NCBI GenBank assembly: GCA_963815775.1
Contig: CAWFIB010000005.1
Span: 17,482-81,481 of the forward strand
Direction of reading: 5' to 3'
DNA from: an uncultured Acidobacteriaceae bacterium
Lineage (GTDB): Bacteria; Acidobacteriota; Terriglobia; Terriglobales; Acidobacteriaceae
DNA: 64,000 nt
Part shown: piece by piece, positions 43,907-53,685 of the stretch
Numbering within the stretch: position 1 is the stretch's first letter
Layout: the number at the start of each line of letters is the position of its first letter
The notes under the pieces: model-generated
What the model was told of the DNA's origin: nothing
Database searches by the model: none
The model's input: the letters and a program-made list of their open reading frames with translations, nothing else
Position numbers and translations under genes: made by a program

Positions 43907-44904
43907 CCTCCGCTTGGCGCCTCCCCCAGCACCTCCGCCAGCAACTGCGGCTCAACATTCCCCCCGCTGACGATCGCCACCGCCTTCTTTGCCGCCGGCA
44001 GCTCCTTTTGATGATAGAGCCACGCGGCAAGGGTCACGGCTCCGCTGGGCTCGGCGACAACCCGCGCTGCCATGACTGCCTTTCGCATGGCGCGGCGAAT
44101 TTCGTTCTCGGTTACCGAGATGATGTCATCCACGTAATTACGAATATGCTCGAAGTTCAGCGGCCCCACCGACTGCGTGCGCAGCCCGTCGGCCAGTGTG
44201 CTGGAGACGCGTTCGGCAGGAAGCTGCACAATCTCCCCGCGGCGAAAGCTCTGCTGCGCGTCGTTGGCCAGCTCAGGCTCGACGCCGACAACCTTCGCTT
44301 TCGAGCCGCTCAGCTTGATGGCGGCGGAAACTCCGCTGATCAATCCGCCACCGCCCACCGGCGCCAGCACCAGGTCCACGTCGGGAAGGTCCTCCAGAAT
44401 CTCCAGCCCCACCGTGCCCTGCCCGGCGATGATGAAGGGATCGTTATACGGCGGCACAATCGCATAGCCGTGCTGGGCGGCGAGTTCTTCCGCCTTCTGC
44501 ATGCGTTCGGAGCTGCTGCCTCCGACGACGACAATTTCGGCTCCCAGCGCGGCCGTCGCGTCCACCTTGATCTTGGGCGCGTTGCGTGGCATGACCATCA
44601 CGCACTTGACGCCAAACACCCGCGCCGCATACGCCACACCCTGCGCATGGTTACCGCTGGAGTACGAGATGACGCCCTTCGCCCGCTCGCTCTCGGTCAG
44701 TGACGCGATCTTGTTGTAGGCTCCGCGCAGCTTGAATGCGCCGATGGGCTGGAATGACTCCGGCTTTAGCCACAGCCCTGAGGCAGGCACAGAGGTGGGC
44801 GCGCCGTTTTTCTCGGCGGGTGGATAGTAGCGCACCAACGGAGTACGCGCTGCGACGCCGTGTATTTTTTTCTGCGCAGCTTTGATGTCGTCGAGTGTGA
44901 CCAT
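43903..44904 (-). CDS. threonine ammonia-lyase / serine-threonine dehydratase (PLP fold type II)
   Basis: PIGAFKLRGAYNK (PLP Lys) and the GGGGLISG loop. I chose the start MVTLDDIKAAQKKIHG at 44904 because it gives a 4-nt overlap with the upstream stop. The longest ORF extends to 45126. Confidence 0.85.
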   Translation of the reverse strand: MVTLDDIKAAQKKIHGVAARTPLVRYYPPAEKNGAPTSVPASGLWLKPESFQPIGAFKLRGAYNKIASLTESERAKGVISYSSGNHAQGVAYAARVFGVKCVMVMPRNAPKIKVDATAALGAEIVVVGGSSSERMQKAEELAAQHGYAIVPPYNDPFIIAGQGTVGLEILEDLPDVDLVLAPVGGGGLISGVSAAIKLSGSKAKVVGVEPELANDAQQSFRRGEIVQLPAERVSSTLADGLRTQSVGPLNFEHIRNYVDDIISVTENEIRRAMRKAVMAARVVAEPSGAVTLAAWLYHQKELPAAKKAVAIVSGGNVEPQLLAEVLGEAPSGG

Positions 44905-44906
44905 GC

Positions 44907-46112
44907 TTAATCGGCAGGTGATGCCGCAGGTGTCCCGATTGCGGTCGGGGGTGTGGCGCCCTGCGATGCGGGGGTATTCCGCAGTTCGCAGAACATCAAC
45001 GCTATCCAGTGTACAAGGGCAAGCTTTTCCCGGAAGGCCGCTGCGTGACCCAGTTCCACGTGGGTGATCACCGGAGTGATCAAGGTATCCACCAGATACT
45101 GTTGCGGAATATTTTTCTTCAGCCACAGAAGTTCGGTGGGAGGGATTACCGAGTCAGCAGAGCCATGCAACAGCAGCACCGGCATATGTATTGCGCCCAG
45201 CCGTCCGGCAGGCGAGGTCGCCGTCAATTGCTCCCGGTCCTCGCTGATCTGGGCCAGAATCTCCTGCCGCAGGCTGTCGAACTGCTGATGATAAATCCGT
45301 TGCATTACTTCCTGATCGGCGGGCGTCATCTGCGCGGTGATCGCTTCCGACTGCTTACCTTCATTCGACAGCAGGAGCTTGATTGCCTCTTGCCCCTTGC
45401 TCACATCCTGCTGCTCAAAGAAATCACCCGGGCGGTCGCAGACTACGATCAGCGGCCCATACTCATGCGGTGTGAGGTGCTCGACCGTCCCGTCCGGGCG
45501 CACCGCTTCTCCCGTCGCGAAAAAGCGCAGCACGTGGGCCAGATCATAATAGGCGCCAATGGTGGCGATCCACGCGATCGAGCTGTTGTACTGCGGATCG
45601 GTGGCGGCCATCAAGCCCAGCCCGCCGGAGAAGCTGATGCACAGCAGCCCCACCTTGGGCACGGCGAGCTGATGCGCAAAAAATTGCACGGCACTTCCAA
45701 TCACGCCGGCGGATTTGGCCTCGACGCGATATTCGGCGATCGCCTCAAGCTGGGGCGTCATAACGAAATAGCCGCTAGCCGCCAGCGAACGCGCAAAATT
45801 CACCAGCCGAGGCTCATTCAGGCCGAGCCGGTGCATGCCATGCACCACCACGATCCCGGGCGCAGAAGCGACACCCACCGGTACGTAAACCCGCGCCGGC
45901 ACGGCGTGGCCGTTGACTTCGAACGATTCGTCGCGGGCCTCGACGGCGTGCCCGTCGTAGTTGGCGATCCGCCCATTGGCCTGAGGATTGGCAATGCGGG
46001 TGAGCAGCGATGCTGCATGCAGGTAGTCCTGCGCGACGGGGTGGAGAAGAATGGCCACGATTACAAGTACAAAGAGAGTCCCGGCAAGGATTCGCGGCTT
46101 TAAGGAGCGCAC
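44907..46112 (-). CDS. membrane-anchored alpha/beta-hydrolase fold protein
   Basis: N-terminal TM helix, a nucleophile-elbow-like ISFSGG, HGSADSV, and a C-terminal His candidate. Confidence 0.65.
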   Translation of the reverse strand: MRSLKPRILAGTLFVLVIVAILLHPVAQDYLHAASLLTRIANPQANGRIANYDGHAVEARDESFEVNGHAVPARVYVPVGVASAPGIVVVHGMHRLGLNEPRLVNFARSLAASGYFVMTPQLEAIAEYRVEAKSAGVIGSAVQFFAHQLAVPKVGLLCISFSGGLGLMAATDPQYNSSIAWIATIGAYYDLAHVLRFFATGEAVRPDGTVEHLTPHEYGPLIVVCDRPGDFFEQQDVSKGQEAIKLLLSNEGKQSEAITAQMTPADQEVMQRIYHQQFDSLRQEILAQISEDREQLTATSPAGRLGAIHMPVLLLHGSADSVIPPTELLWLKKNIPQQYLVDTLITPVITHVELGHAAAFREKLALVHWIALMFCELRNTPASQGATPPTAIGTPAASPAD

Positions 46113-46121
46113 GAGAAGACT

Positions 46122-47792
46122 TCAGATTTCCAGAATAACCGGCATGATCAGCGGCCGGCGCGAAGTATTCTTCACGATGAAGCGCTTCAGGTCCTGGCGA
46201 ATCTTCTCTTTGATCATGCCATAGTCGCCCTTCTCTTCATCGCTCGAGCCCTGCAAGGTGTTCATTACGGTCTGGCGCGCCTGCTCCAGGAATCCGTTTT
46301 CCGCCATGCTGCCGCTAAAGCCGCGCATCACGATTTCCGGCGTCGACTCTACCTCCCCGGTCAGCTTGTTGATGGCGATGATGGGGAGCACGATGCCGTC
46401 CTCACTGAGGTGGCGGCGGTCGCGAATCACCAGGTCTTCCACCACATCGCCCATGGAGTTCGAATCGATGCAGATTCTACCGACTGCCACCTTGCCGGCC
46501 TTACGCGCGCCCAGTTCGTCGAATTCCAGCATGTCGCCGCTTTCGATCATCAGCACATTTCCTACCGAGCCGTGCATCGCTGCGGCCAGCTCCGCGTGTA
46601 GCTTGAGCTGACGATATTCCCCGTGGATTGGAATGAAGTATTGCGGCTTCACCAGGTTGATGATGAGCTTGAGCTCTTCCTGACTGGCGTGGCCGCTGAC
46701 GTGCACCGGCGGAGAAGACCCATCATCATAAATCACGTGCGCGTTGCGGCGGAAAAGGTGGTCGATAACGCGATAGATCGCCTTCTCATTTCCGGGAATG
46801 ATACGCGAGGAGAGCACAACCGTGTCCCCCGGCGCGATACGCGCGTGCTTGTGATTATCCACCGCAGCCCGCGACAGCGCCGACATGGGCTCGCCCTGAG
46901 TGCCGCTGATGAGTATGCAGACTTTGTCGGGGGGCAGCTCCTTCACTTGCGAAGGGTGTATCAGCAGGCCCTCGGGGACCTCGATATAGCCAAGGTCCTG
47001 TGCGATCTCGGTCGACTCCATCATCGACCGCCCAACCACGGCAACTTTTCGTCCATGCTCGAACGCTTCTTCCATCGCCAGCTTGATGCGATGGATCGAA
47101 GACGAAAAGCAGGCGATGAACAGCTTCTTCTGGCTGCGCGAGAAGATCTCCTGAAAGCGCGCACGAACCGCTCGCTCGCTCGGCGTGTAGCCCCGCCGCT
47201 CGACGTTGGTCGAATCCTGAAACAGGGCCAGCACGCCCTGCTTACCGTACTCGGCAAAGGAGTGCAGATCGAAGAGCCGGTTGTCCGTCGGAGTGGGATC
47301 AACCTTGAAGTCGCCGGTGTGGATCAGTATGCCCAATGGCGTATGAATCGCCAGGGCGACGCAATCCACCAGACTGTGGGTGACTTGAATAGGATGAATG
47401 GTGAAGGGGCCGACTTTAAAGCTGTCGCCGGCGCGAATTTCGTTGAGAACGACCTCGTCCAGCAGGCCATGCTCTTCCAACTTGCCTTCAACCGACGCCA
47501 AGGTGAACTCAGTGCCATACACCGGCACATTCAACTCGGAAAGAATCCAGGGCAGGGCGCCGATGTGGTCTTCGTGTCCATGGGTGAGCACAATGGCGCG
47601 GACGTGCTGGCGGTTCTGCAACAGGTAGCTGATATCAGGGACGACGATGTCGACCCCCAACAGCTCCGATTCAGGGAACATGAGTCCAGCGTCGATGACG
47701 ATGATGTCATCAGCCCAGCGAATTGCCATGCAATTCATGCCAAATTCGCCGAGACCACCCAGAGGTACAACCTGCAACTTACCAGTTGGCAT
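46122..47792 (-). CDS. rnj: ribonuclease J (metallo-beta-lactamase / beta-CASP)
   Basis: VVPLGGLGEFGMNCMAI, the HxHxDH motif (THGHEDHIGALP) and the beta-CASP region. I chose the start at MPTGK (47792). The longer ORF runs into repeat sequence. Confidence 0.92.
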   Translation of the reverse strand: MPTGKLQVVPLGGLGEFGMNCMAIRWADDIIVIDAGLMFPESELLGVDIVVPDISYLLQNRQHVRAIVLTHGHEDHIGALPWILSELNVPVYGTEFTLASVEGKLEEHGLLDEVVLNEIRAGDSFKVGPFTIHPIQVTHSLVDCVALAIHTPLGILIHTGDFKVDPTPTDNRLFDLHSFAEYGKQGVLALFQDSTNVERRGYTPSERAVRARFQEIFSRSQKKLFIACFSSSIHRIKLAMEEAFEHGRKVAVVGRSMMESTEIAQDLGYIEVPEGLLIHPSQVKELPPDKVCILISGTQGEPMSALSRAAVDNHKHARIAPGDTVVLSSRIIPGNEKAIYRVIDHLFRRNAHVIYDDGSSPPVHVSGHASQEELKLIINLVKPQYFIPIHGEYRQLKLHAELAAAMHGSVGNVLMIESGDMLEFDELGARKAGKVAVGRICIDSNSMGDVVEDLVIRDRRHLSEDGIVLPIIAINKLTGEVESTPEIVMRGFSGSMAENGFLEQARQTVMNTLQGSSDEEKGDYGMIKEKIRQDLKRFIVKNTSRRPLIMPVILEI

Positions 47793-47820
47793 CAGCAAGT
47801 TTGATGCTAGCACGGGAAAG

Positions 47821-47956
47821 CCGCTCTTCGCTTTTCGCTCTTCGCCTTTGGCCAGCCATGCGACTACCACAGACAAAGGCAGCGAAAGAATTCACCGTGG
47901 TCTGCCTGTGAGCAAGCTGGAATTGAGCTCTGGCGAAAAGCGAATAGCGAAAGCCG
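47821..47956. repeat. inverted pair of ~25-nt gcgaaRagcgaa-type repeats in the rnj leader
   Basis: The reverse complement of 47821-47846 is ggcgaagagcgaaaagcgaagagcgg, and 47932-47956 reads ggcgaaaagcgaatagcgaaagccg. The arms are about 85 nt apart. Confidence 0.6.
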
Positions 47957-48001
47957 ACCCGCGAAAAGCGCGACCATGAAAGGCGTCCTATACTAAAGAC
48001 C

Positions 48002-48688
48002 ATGCCTGACCACGAACCCAAGGGATTGATGCGGCGAGCGCTGGAAGCGGCCATCCGCAAGGCGTTCACGCGCGCCTACCAGACCATCAAGGTCGATCCG
48101 GACAAGTACCTGGAGCATCTGCGAATGGCGTACGGGCTGCCGGCCATCACCTATGACGGCGTGTTCGGGGTCGAGCTGCACGCGCTCGATCACATCGCGG
48201 AGGAGACCATTCGCGCCAGCATGAAGCTGGCGGCCGCAGAGGGCGCCGGCCTGGGCCTTGGCGGCGTCTTCACCATGCTGCCCGACCTGGGGATCCTGGC
48301 TGCCATCACCATGCGCATGATCCAGAAGCTGAGTCTGGTGTACGGCTTCCCCTACAACACTGAAGAGGAGGAAGCCGAGCTGTGGGTCGCCGCCGCCAGC
48401 GCCGCCGGCGTGGATATCGGTCGCGAGTTGGTCGAGAAGCAGGTTGTCTCCAAGTTCGTGCCGCGGGTGATTCAGCGCATTGCCGCCAGGGCCAGTGCCG
48501 AAATCGCGGAGAAATGGGCGGGGCGGCTCATCCCGTTGGTGAGCGGAGTGATCGGCGCCGGGCTTAATTACTACTTCGTGCGCATCTGGGGCGAGCGCGC
48601 GCTGGGCCACTTCCGGCAGCGGCATCTGGCCCTGCGGCAGCGCGAGCGAATGGAAACCATCCCGTTGAGGGCGTCGAGCGCTTCTTAG
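48002..48688 (+). CDS. EcsC-family protein
   Basis: AAEGAGLGLGGVFTMLPDLGILAAITMRMIQKLSLVYGF and the later GRLIPLVSGVIGAGLNYYFV pattern are typical of EcsC. Confidence 0.7.
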   Translation: MPDHEPKGLMRRALEAAIRKAFTRAYQTIKVDPDKYLEHLRMAYGLPAITYDGVFGVELHALDHIAEETIRASMKLAAAEGAGLGLGGVFTMLPDLGILAAITMRMIQKLSLVYGFPYNTEEEEAELWVAAASAAGVDIGRELVEKQVVSKFVPRVIQRIAARASAEIAEKWAGRLIPLVSGVIGAGLNYYFVRIWGERALGHFRQRHLALRQRERMETIPLRASSAS

Positions 48689-48847
48689 AACCAGTTCACC
48701 ACGGAGACACGGAGAACACCGAGGGTTTAGGGTCAAGGAACCGCCCTCCAATTTTGCCCTCACGAGCGCCATCCTTTGGCGCGAGGGATCTGCTCTTGTT
48801 CCCGAGGCTGGTTGGTTGGCGGCGTAAAACATCTTCGCCGGGATGGG

Positions 48848-48900
48848 AGATCCCTCGCTTCGCTCGTGATGACAAACCATTCTCTGTGTCTCTGTGGTGG
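48848..48900 (-). repeat. family B repeat joined to a family C repeat (ctctgtgtctctgtggtgg)
   Basis: agatccctcgcttcgctcgtgatgacaaac is followed by tctctgtgtctctgtggtgg. Family C also occurs at 6742-6767, 48696-48725 and 52299-52374. Confidence 0.75.
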
Positions 48901-48914
48901 ATTTGCCGTACTCT

Positions 48915-50303
48915 TCACGAACTCGCTGCCTCCGCTACGACAGGCGACGGCTGCTCCGTCCCGAACTCCCCTTCCCACTTCGCCATCACCACGGTCGCCA
49001 GACAATTGCCAAGGACGTTGACTGCCGTTCTGCCCATATCCAGCAACTGATCGATGCCCAGCAGGATAAAAACCGGCTCGGTGGGAAGCCCCACAGATGT
49101 AGCGGTGGCCAGCAGGATGACCAGGGCTGCGCGCGACACGCCCGCGACTCCTTTGCTGGTAAGCATGAGGGTGAAGGCGATCATGAATTGCTGCCCCAGC
49201 GAGAGGTGCAGCCCCGCGACCTGGGCGACGAAGATCGCCGCCACCGAGAGATACAGCGAGCTGCCGGTGAGATTGAAGCTGTAGCCGGTGGGAATGACGA
49301 AGGCAACGATCTGCCGCGGCACACCCATGGCTTCCATCTGCTCCATGGCGCTGGGCAAGGCGGCCTCGGAACTGGAGGTAGCGAAGGCAATGGTCACCGG
49401 CTCAGCGACTGCTTTTATGAAGCGCTTGAGTGGCACCCGGCATAGCAGGGCAATTGGCAGAAGCACGGCCCCGATGAACACGATCAAGGCCGCATAGAGG
49501 GTGAGCAGCAACTTCGCCAGGCTGCCGAGAATGCCAAGGCCGGTATGTCCCACAGTGTAGGCAATGGCCGCGCCTACTCCGAGCGGCGCCATATACATGA
49601 CGATGTTGGTGAACTTGAACATCACCTCGGCGAGGCTCTCGCAGAGGGTCAGCATCGGCCGGCGTTTTTCTTCGCCGATCAGCGCCAGGGCGACAGCAAA
49701 AATCAGGCTGAAAACTACCACCTGGAGCACGGCATTGTCCGCCACAGACTTGGCGATATTCTCGGGAAAGACGTGCAGGATGGTGTCTTCCGCGCTGAGC
49801 TTGCTTATGCCTGCCGTGTCCGACGTTGTGGTACCCGCGATCTGCACGCCGACGCCGGCCTTGCTCAAGTTGATCGCCGCCAGACCCAGCACAATGGCGA
49901 TCGTGGTCACAATCTCGAAAAAGATGATCGACCGCAGGCCCAGCCGTCCGACCTGCTTCAGGTTCGAGTGGCCGGCAATGCCGACCACCAATGTGGCGAA
50001 CAGCAGCGGAGCGATGATCGTCTTGATCAGGCGCAGGAAGATTAGCGCCAGCACGCGCAGGTGAGTGGCTACGGTCGGGAAGTCATGTCCAATCTCCGCC
50101 CCCAGGAACATGGCGACGAAGATCCACGCTGAGAGCGTCCGCCGGATGCAGGCGTAGCCCACAAGCGCGAGCAGCCCTATCCAACGCAATGCCAGGTTGA
50201 GCGATGCCGCTCCCGAAAGCTTCCAGACCAGCAGCGCCGCAACCGCTGCCATTGCAGCCGTAATCAGCAGTGCTCTCTCGCGACCAGCGCCGGATCTCGT
50301 CAT
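48915..50303 (-). CDS. dicarboxylate/amino acid:cation symporter (DAACS family)
   Basis: 462 aa, polytopic, with IKTIIAPLLFATLVVGIAG, SSSEAALP and LDMGRTAVNVLGN motifs. Confidence 0.9.
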   Translation of the reverse strand: MTRSGAGRERALLITAAMAAVAALLVWKLSGAASLNLALRWIGLLALVGYACIRRTLSAWIFVAMFLGAEIGHDFPTVATHLRVLALIFLRLIKTIIAPLLFATLVVGIAGHSNLKQVGRLGLRSIIFFEIVTTIAIVLGLAAINLSKAGVGVQIAGTTTSDTAGISKLSAEDTILHVFPENIAKSVADNAVLQVVVFSLIFAVALALIGEEKRRPMLTLCESLAEVMFKFTNIVMYMAPLGVGAAIAYTVGHTGLGILGSLAKLLLTLYAALIVFIGAVLLPIALLCRVPLKRFIKAVAEPVTIAFATSSSEAALPSAMEQMEAMGVPRQIVAFVIPTGYSFNLTGSSLYLSVAAIFVAQVAGLHLSLGQQFMIAFTLMLTSKGVAGVSRAALVILLATATSVGLPTEPVFILLGIDQLLDMGRTAVNVLGNCLATVVMAKWEGEFGTEQPSPVVAEAASS

Positions 50304-50310
50304 GGGTTCA

Positions 50311-51147
50311 TTAACGCAGAATATCTTCCAGCTCGACTCCGCGATCGGTGCGCTCGTCGCGGTACTTCACGATCACCGGGGCGTAGAGCGAGAGTCCCCA
50401 TTCGGCAGCCTTGCCTTTGGTGATCGCCCGCGCGCCGGGCACCACCACTGCGTTTTCCGGCACCCGCAGCGATTGTTCTGCCGTCGCACGGTAGATTTCA
50501 CCCTTCACTACGTCGAACAGCGGCGTGGAGCGGGTAAGGACCACGCCTGCCCCAAGCACGGCCCGCGCACCTACCTGCGTTCCTTCGTACACGCCGCAAT
50601 TCCCGCCGATCAGGACATCGTCCTCGATGATGACCGGCGAAGCGTTGATGGGCTCCAGCACGCCGCCAACCTGCGCTGCCGCGCTGATGTGGACCCGCTT
50701 GCCCACCTGCGCGCATGAGCCCACCAGCGCGTGGGAGTCCACCATCGTGCCTTCGTCGACGTAGGCCCCCGTATTGATGAACATGGGCGGCATGCACACG
50801 ACGCCGGGTGCGACATAGGCGCCCGCCCGGATCGATGACCCGCCGGGGACGACGCGAACCCGGTCCTCAACGGAGAAATGACGAAGGGGATATGTCTCTT
50901 TGTCCACGAACGACAGCGCGTGGATGTCGCCGCTCTCGTGCAATTCTCCCAGACGAAAGCCTAGAAGGATGCCTTCTTTCACCCAGGCATTCGTCTGCCA
51001 GGAGCCGTTGACCTTCTCCGCCGCCCGGATCGCGCCAGTGGATAAGGCCGCGCGAAACTCAAGAAAAATCTCGCGGGCTTCGGCGCCACCGACCGCCGCG
51101 GCCCCCAGAGAATAGAAGCGCTCGATTGCAGGTTGTAAGGGATGCAT
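50311..51147 (-). CDS. dapD: 2,3,4,5-tetrahydropyridine-2,6-dicarboxylate N-succinyltransferase
   Basis: N-terminal helical domain plus hexapeptide-repeat LbH domain. It is adjacent to dapA. Confidence 0.88.
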   Translation of the reverse strand: MHPLQPAIERFYSLGAAAVGGAEAREIFLEFRAALSTGAIRAAEKVNGSWQTNAWVKEGILLGFRLGELHESGDIHALSFVDKETYPLRHFSVEDRVRVVPGGSSIRAGAYVAPGVVCMPPMFINTGAYVDEGTMVDSHALVGSCAQVGKRVHISAAAQVGGVLEPINASPVIIEDDVLIGGNCGVYEGTQVGARAVLGAGVVLTRSTPLFDVVKGEIYRATAEQSLRVPENAVVVPGARAITKGKAAEWGLSLYAPVIVKYRDERTDRGVELEDILR

Positions 51148-51231
51148 CTGGCGGGCAGTATATATGCTCGGCGCATTCGCTCCAATGCGTAGCTGGTATC
51201 GAACAGATGAGAAGTGTCGAATCGTCAGGAA

Positions 51232-52137
51232 TCAGCGGGCGGGCGCCGCCTGAGGTTGCAGCAGCCCCAGTTCGCTGACCACCTTCTCCAGCTTCGCGCG
51301 CGTCTCCTTCTTCATCGGAACCAGCGGCAGCCGGTAGACCTCTTCAATTCGCCCCATCATGGCCAGCGTGGCCTTCACCGGACCAGGATTCGATTCGATA
51401 AAGTTCGCCTGCATCAGCGGCAGGTACTTGCGGAAGATCTCGCGCGCCGTGTCCCACTTGTTGGCCAGCGCCGCTCGCGTCATGCGTGCCATCTCGGCGG
51501 GAATTTCGTTCGAACAGACCGACACGATGCCGGCGCCGCCCAGCCCGATCACAGCAAGCGTGATGGCGTCGTCGCCCGAGAATACGAGGAAGCCCTCGGG
51601 CACGCTGCCGCAGACCTCGGCGATCTGCGCGATGTTGCCACTGGCTTCCTTGACCGCGATAATGTTGGGAATCTCCGCCAACCGCAGCAGGGTCGGGGTT
51701 TCGATGTTCGTCCCGGTGCGCCCTGCGATGTTGTACAACATCAGCGGCTTCTCGCTGGCTTCGGCAATCGCCTTGAAGTGCTGGTAGATGCCCTCCTGCG
51801 TCGGCTTGTTGTAGTAGGGCGTCGCCGTCAGCACGAAGTCGACGCCGGCCCGGGACGAGATTTTTTTCGCCTTCACCACCGCCTCGTGCGTGTTGTTCGA
51901 CGTGGCTCCCGCCATGATCGGCACGCGGCCTGCTGCGACTTCAATGGTGGTGTCGATCACACGCAACCATTCGTCGTGGGTCAGCGTCGGCGTCTCGCCG
52001 GTGGTGCCGCAGGGCACAAGAAAGTCGATTCCGGACTGAATTTGCCAGTCGACCAGGTGACGCAGGGCGGCTTCGTCAACGCTGCCGTCTTGCTTGAAGG
52101 GAGTGACCAGGGCCGTTCCGCAGCCGCGAAGTTTCAT
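51232..52137 (-). CDS. dapA: 4-hydroxy-tetrahydrodipicolinate synthase
   Basis: GCGTALVTPF...GTTGETPTL...IAVKEASG (Schiff-base Lys). I chose the start at MKLRG; the longest ORF extends to 52182. Confidence 0.92.
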   Translation of the reverse strand: MKLRGCGTALVTPFKQDGSVDEAALRHLVDWQIQSGIDFLVPCGTTGETPTLTHDEWLRVIDTTIEVAAGRVPIMAGATSNNTHEAVVKAKKISSRAGVDFVLTATPYYNKPTQEGIYQHFKAIAEASEKPLMLYNIAGRTGTNIETPTLLRLAEIPNIIAVKEASGNIAQIAEVCGSVPEGFLVFSGDDAITLAVIGLGGAGIVSVCSNEIPAEMARMTRAALANKWDTAREIFRKYLPLMQANFIESNPGPVKATLAMMGRIEEVYRLPLVPMKKETRAKLEKVVSELGLLQPQAAPAR

Positions 52138-52298
52138 GATGGACCTCTTGATTTGCAATTCTAGAGCAGAAAGCTTCAGCATACTCGGACCATCGCTGCT
52201 ATTCGAAAGAGGGCCCGAAGGGCGTGTGATGACAGCCCAGCATAGAGCGAAGCGGAATGCTGGGTTGGATATCTTTTCGCGCCGTCCTCAAGAAACGA

Positions 52299-52374
52299 AC
52301 CACAGAGACACGGAGACACAGAGGCCGGGGAATAAGGGAATCAAATTCTCCGTGCCTCGGTGTCTCTGCGGTGA
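52299..52374. repeat. family C element with ~26-nt imperfect terminal inverted repeats
   Basis: accacagagacacggagacacagagg lies at one end. The reverse complement of the other end is caccgcagagacaccgaggcacggag. About 24 nt separate them. It is preceded by a gcccagca...tgctgggttgg palindrome (52232-52268) that is also seen at 29431-29470. Confidence 0.75.
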
Positions 52375-52395
52375 AACGTGGGATTTCCGCGTTGA

Positions 52396-53493
52396 TCAGG
52401 GCTTTTCCAGGGCCGCGGCAAACGAATCCAATGCCAGGCTGCGCAGCAGATTGCGTCTCATGCCGCTCTCCAACTCGCCCAGCCGCAGCGTGGCCGAGAC
52501 GATCCAATCAAAATCCACCTGCTCGTCCATGCGCGTCAACTCAGCCAGCATGTCCTGGTTGCGTACCATCTCCGGGGTTCCCGCCTTCACGAAAAGCAAA
52601 TCTTCCAGCAGCGAATACAGCACGCGGATGGTCGAGCTCAGCTTCGATTTGCCATCTGCGCCGCCGCGATAGCTCTCTGTCACCTTGAACAGCTCGGAGT
52701 GGTCACGTGCACCCATGGCCGGCGCAAGCAATGCTAACGCATCCTGTCGTGCCGATAGATACTGCGCCAGATCGAAACTGCGCGCCCTGCCCAGGCCTCC
52801 GCCACATAGCCTTGCGACCAGGCCACGCTCGCGCGCCTTTAACTCGGGACGCACTTCAGCCAGATAGTCTTCGACTTCGGCGGTAGCGAGCGGCGCCAAT
52901 CGCAGCGTCATGCAGCGCGAGCGAATTGTCGGCAGCAGCGCTGAAGGATTGTCGGTAAGCAGAAAAATCGTGGCGAAGTCGGGCGGTTCCTCCAGTATCT
53001 TCAGCAGCGAATTAGCCGCCTCTTTCATGAAGTCGGCATCGCTGAAGATGTAGACGCGCTCGCGTCCCTCCGACGGCCGATAGTACATCTCGCCGATGAC
53101 GTGGCGCACTTGATCGACTTTCACCAGCATCTGCGGCGGATCGGGGGGAATGATCATTACGTCAGGATGGGTCTGCACGAAGATGCGGGTCTCGCGCTTG
53201 TCGGCCTCGCGCAGGTTCTCGCGCGTTTCCACAGCTTCGGCAAAGCGCTCTTCCAGATTGTCGGCTTCGGCGATGCGAACGCAGTTGGCGCAGTGTCCGC
53301 AGAAATCGGGCAGCCCGTCGGCGATCGGCCGCTCCAGGCAATTCACCGTCCTGGCGATCATCTGCGCCAGCGTGTATTTGCCTGAGCCCTGCGGCCCAGC
53401 AAGAATCACCGCGTGCGGGAAGCGTTGGTGCGCCAGCATCTCGCGGATGGTGTGTACGACGTCGGCGTTGCCGTGAAAGTTTGAAAAGGGCAT
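52396..53493 (-). CDS. holB: DNA polymerase III subunit delta-prime
   Basis: HAVILAGPQGSGKYTLA, a Cys-rich zinc module (CGHCANC) and the SRC motif (TIRSRC). Confidence 0.85.
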   Translation of the reverse strand: MPFSNFHGNADVVHTIREMLAHQRFPHAVILAGPQGSGKYTLAQMIARTVNCLERPIADGLPDFCGHCANCVRIAEADNLEERFAEAVETRENLREADKRETRIFVQTHPDVMIIPPDPPQMLVKVDQVRHVIGEMYYRPSEGRERVYIFSDADFMKEAANSLLKILEEPPDFATIFLLTDNPSALLPTIRSRCMTLRLAPLATAEVEDYLAEVRPELKARERGLVARLCGGGLGRARSFDLAQYLSARQDALALLAPAMGARDHSELFKVTESYRGGADGKSKLSSTIRVLYSLLEDLLFVKAGTPEMVRNQDMLAELTRMDEQVDFDWIVSATLRLGELESGMRRNLLRSLALDSFAAALEKP

Positions 53494-53531
53494 GTGCGTT
53501 TGTTTAGAATGCCGCCATCATTTTACGGTTT

Positions 53532-53647
53532 GTCATCACGAGCGAAGCGAGGGACCTGTTCTCCTTGGCGCCGCGACCGGAGTTGCAAATGGGAATCCCG
53601 GCTTGCCGAACGATCGAAAGCAGGTCCTTCGCTTCGCTCAGGATGAC
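53532..53647. repeat. 116-nt MITE-like element with 27-nt family B terminal inverted repeats
   Basis: The left end is gtcatcacgagcgaagcgagggacctg. The right end is caggtccttcgcttcgctcaggatgac, about 23/27 complementary. It lies between holB and tmk. Confidence 0.8.
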
Positions 53648-53685
53648 AACTCCCATCTTTGTGCGTTCGAAATAGTAGTTGCAAA

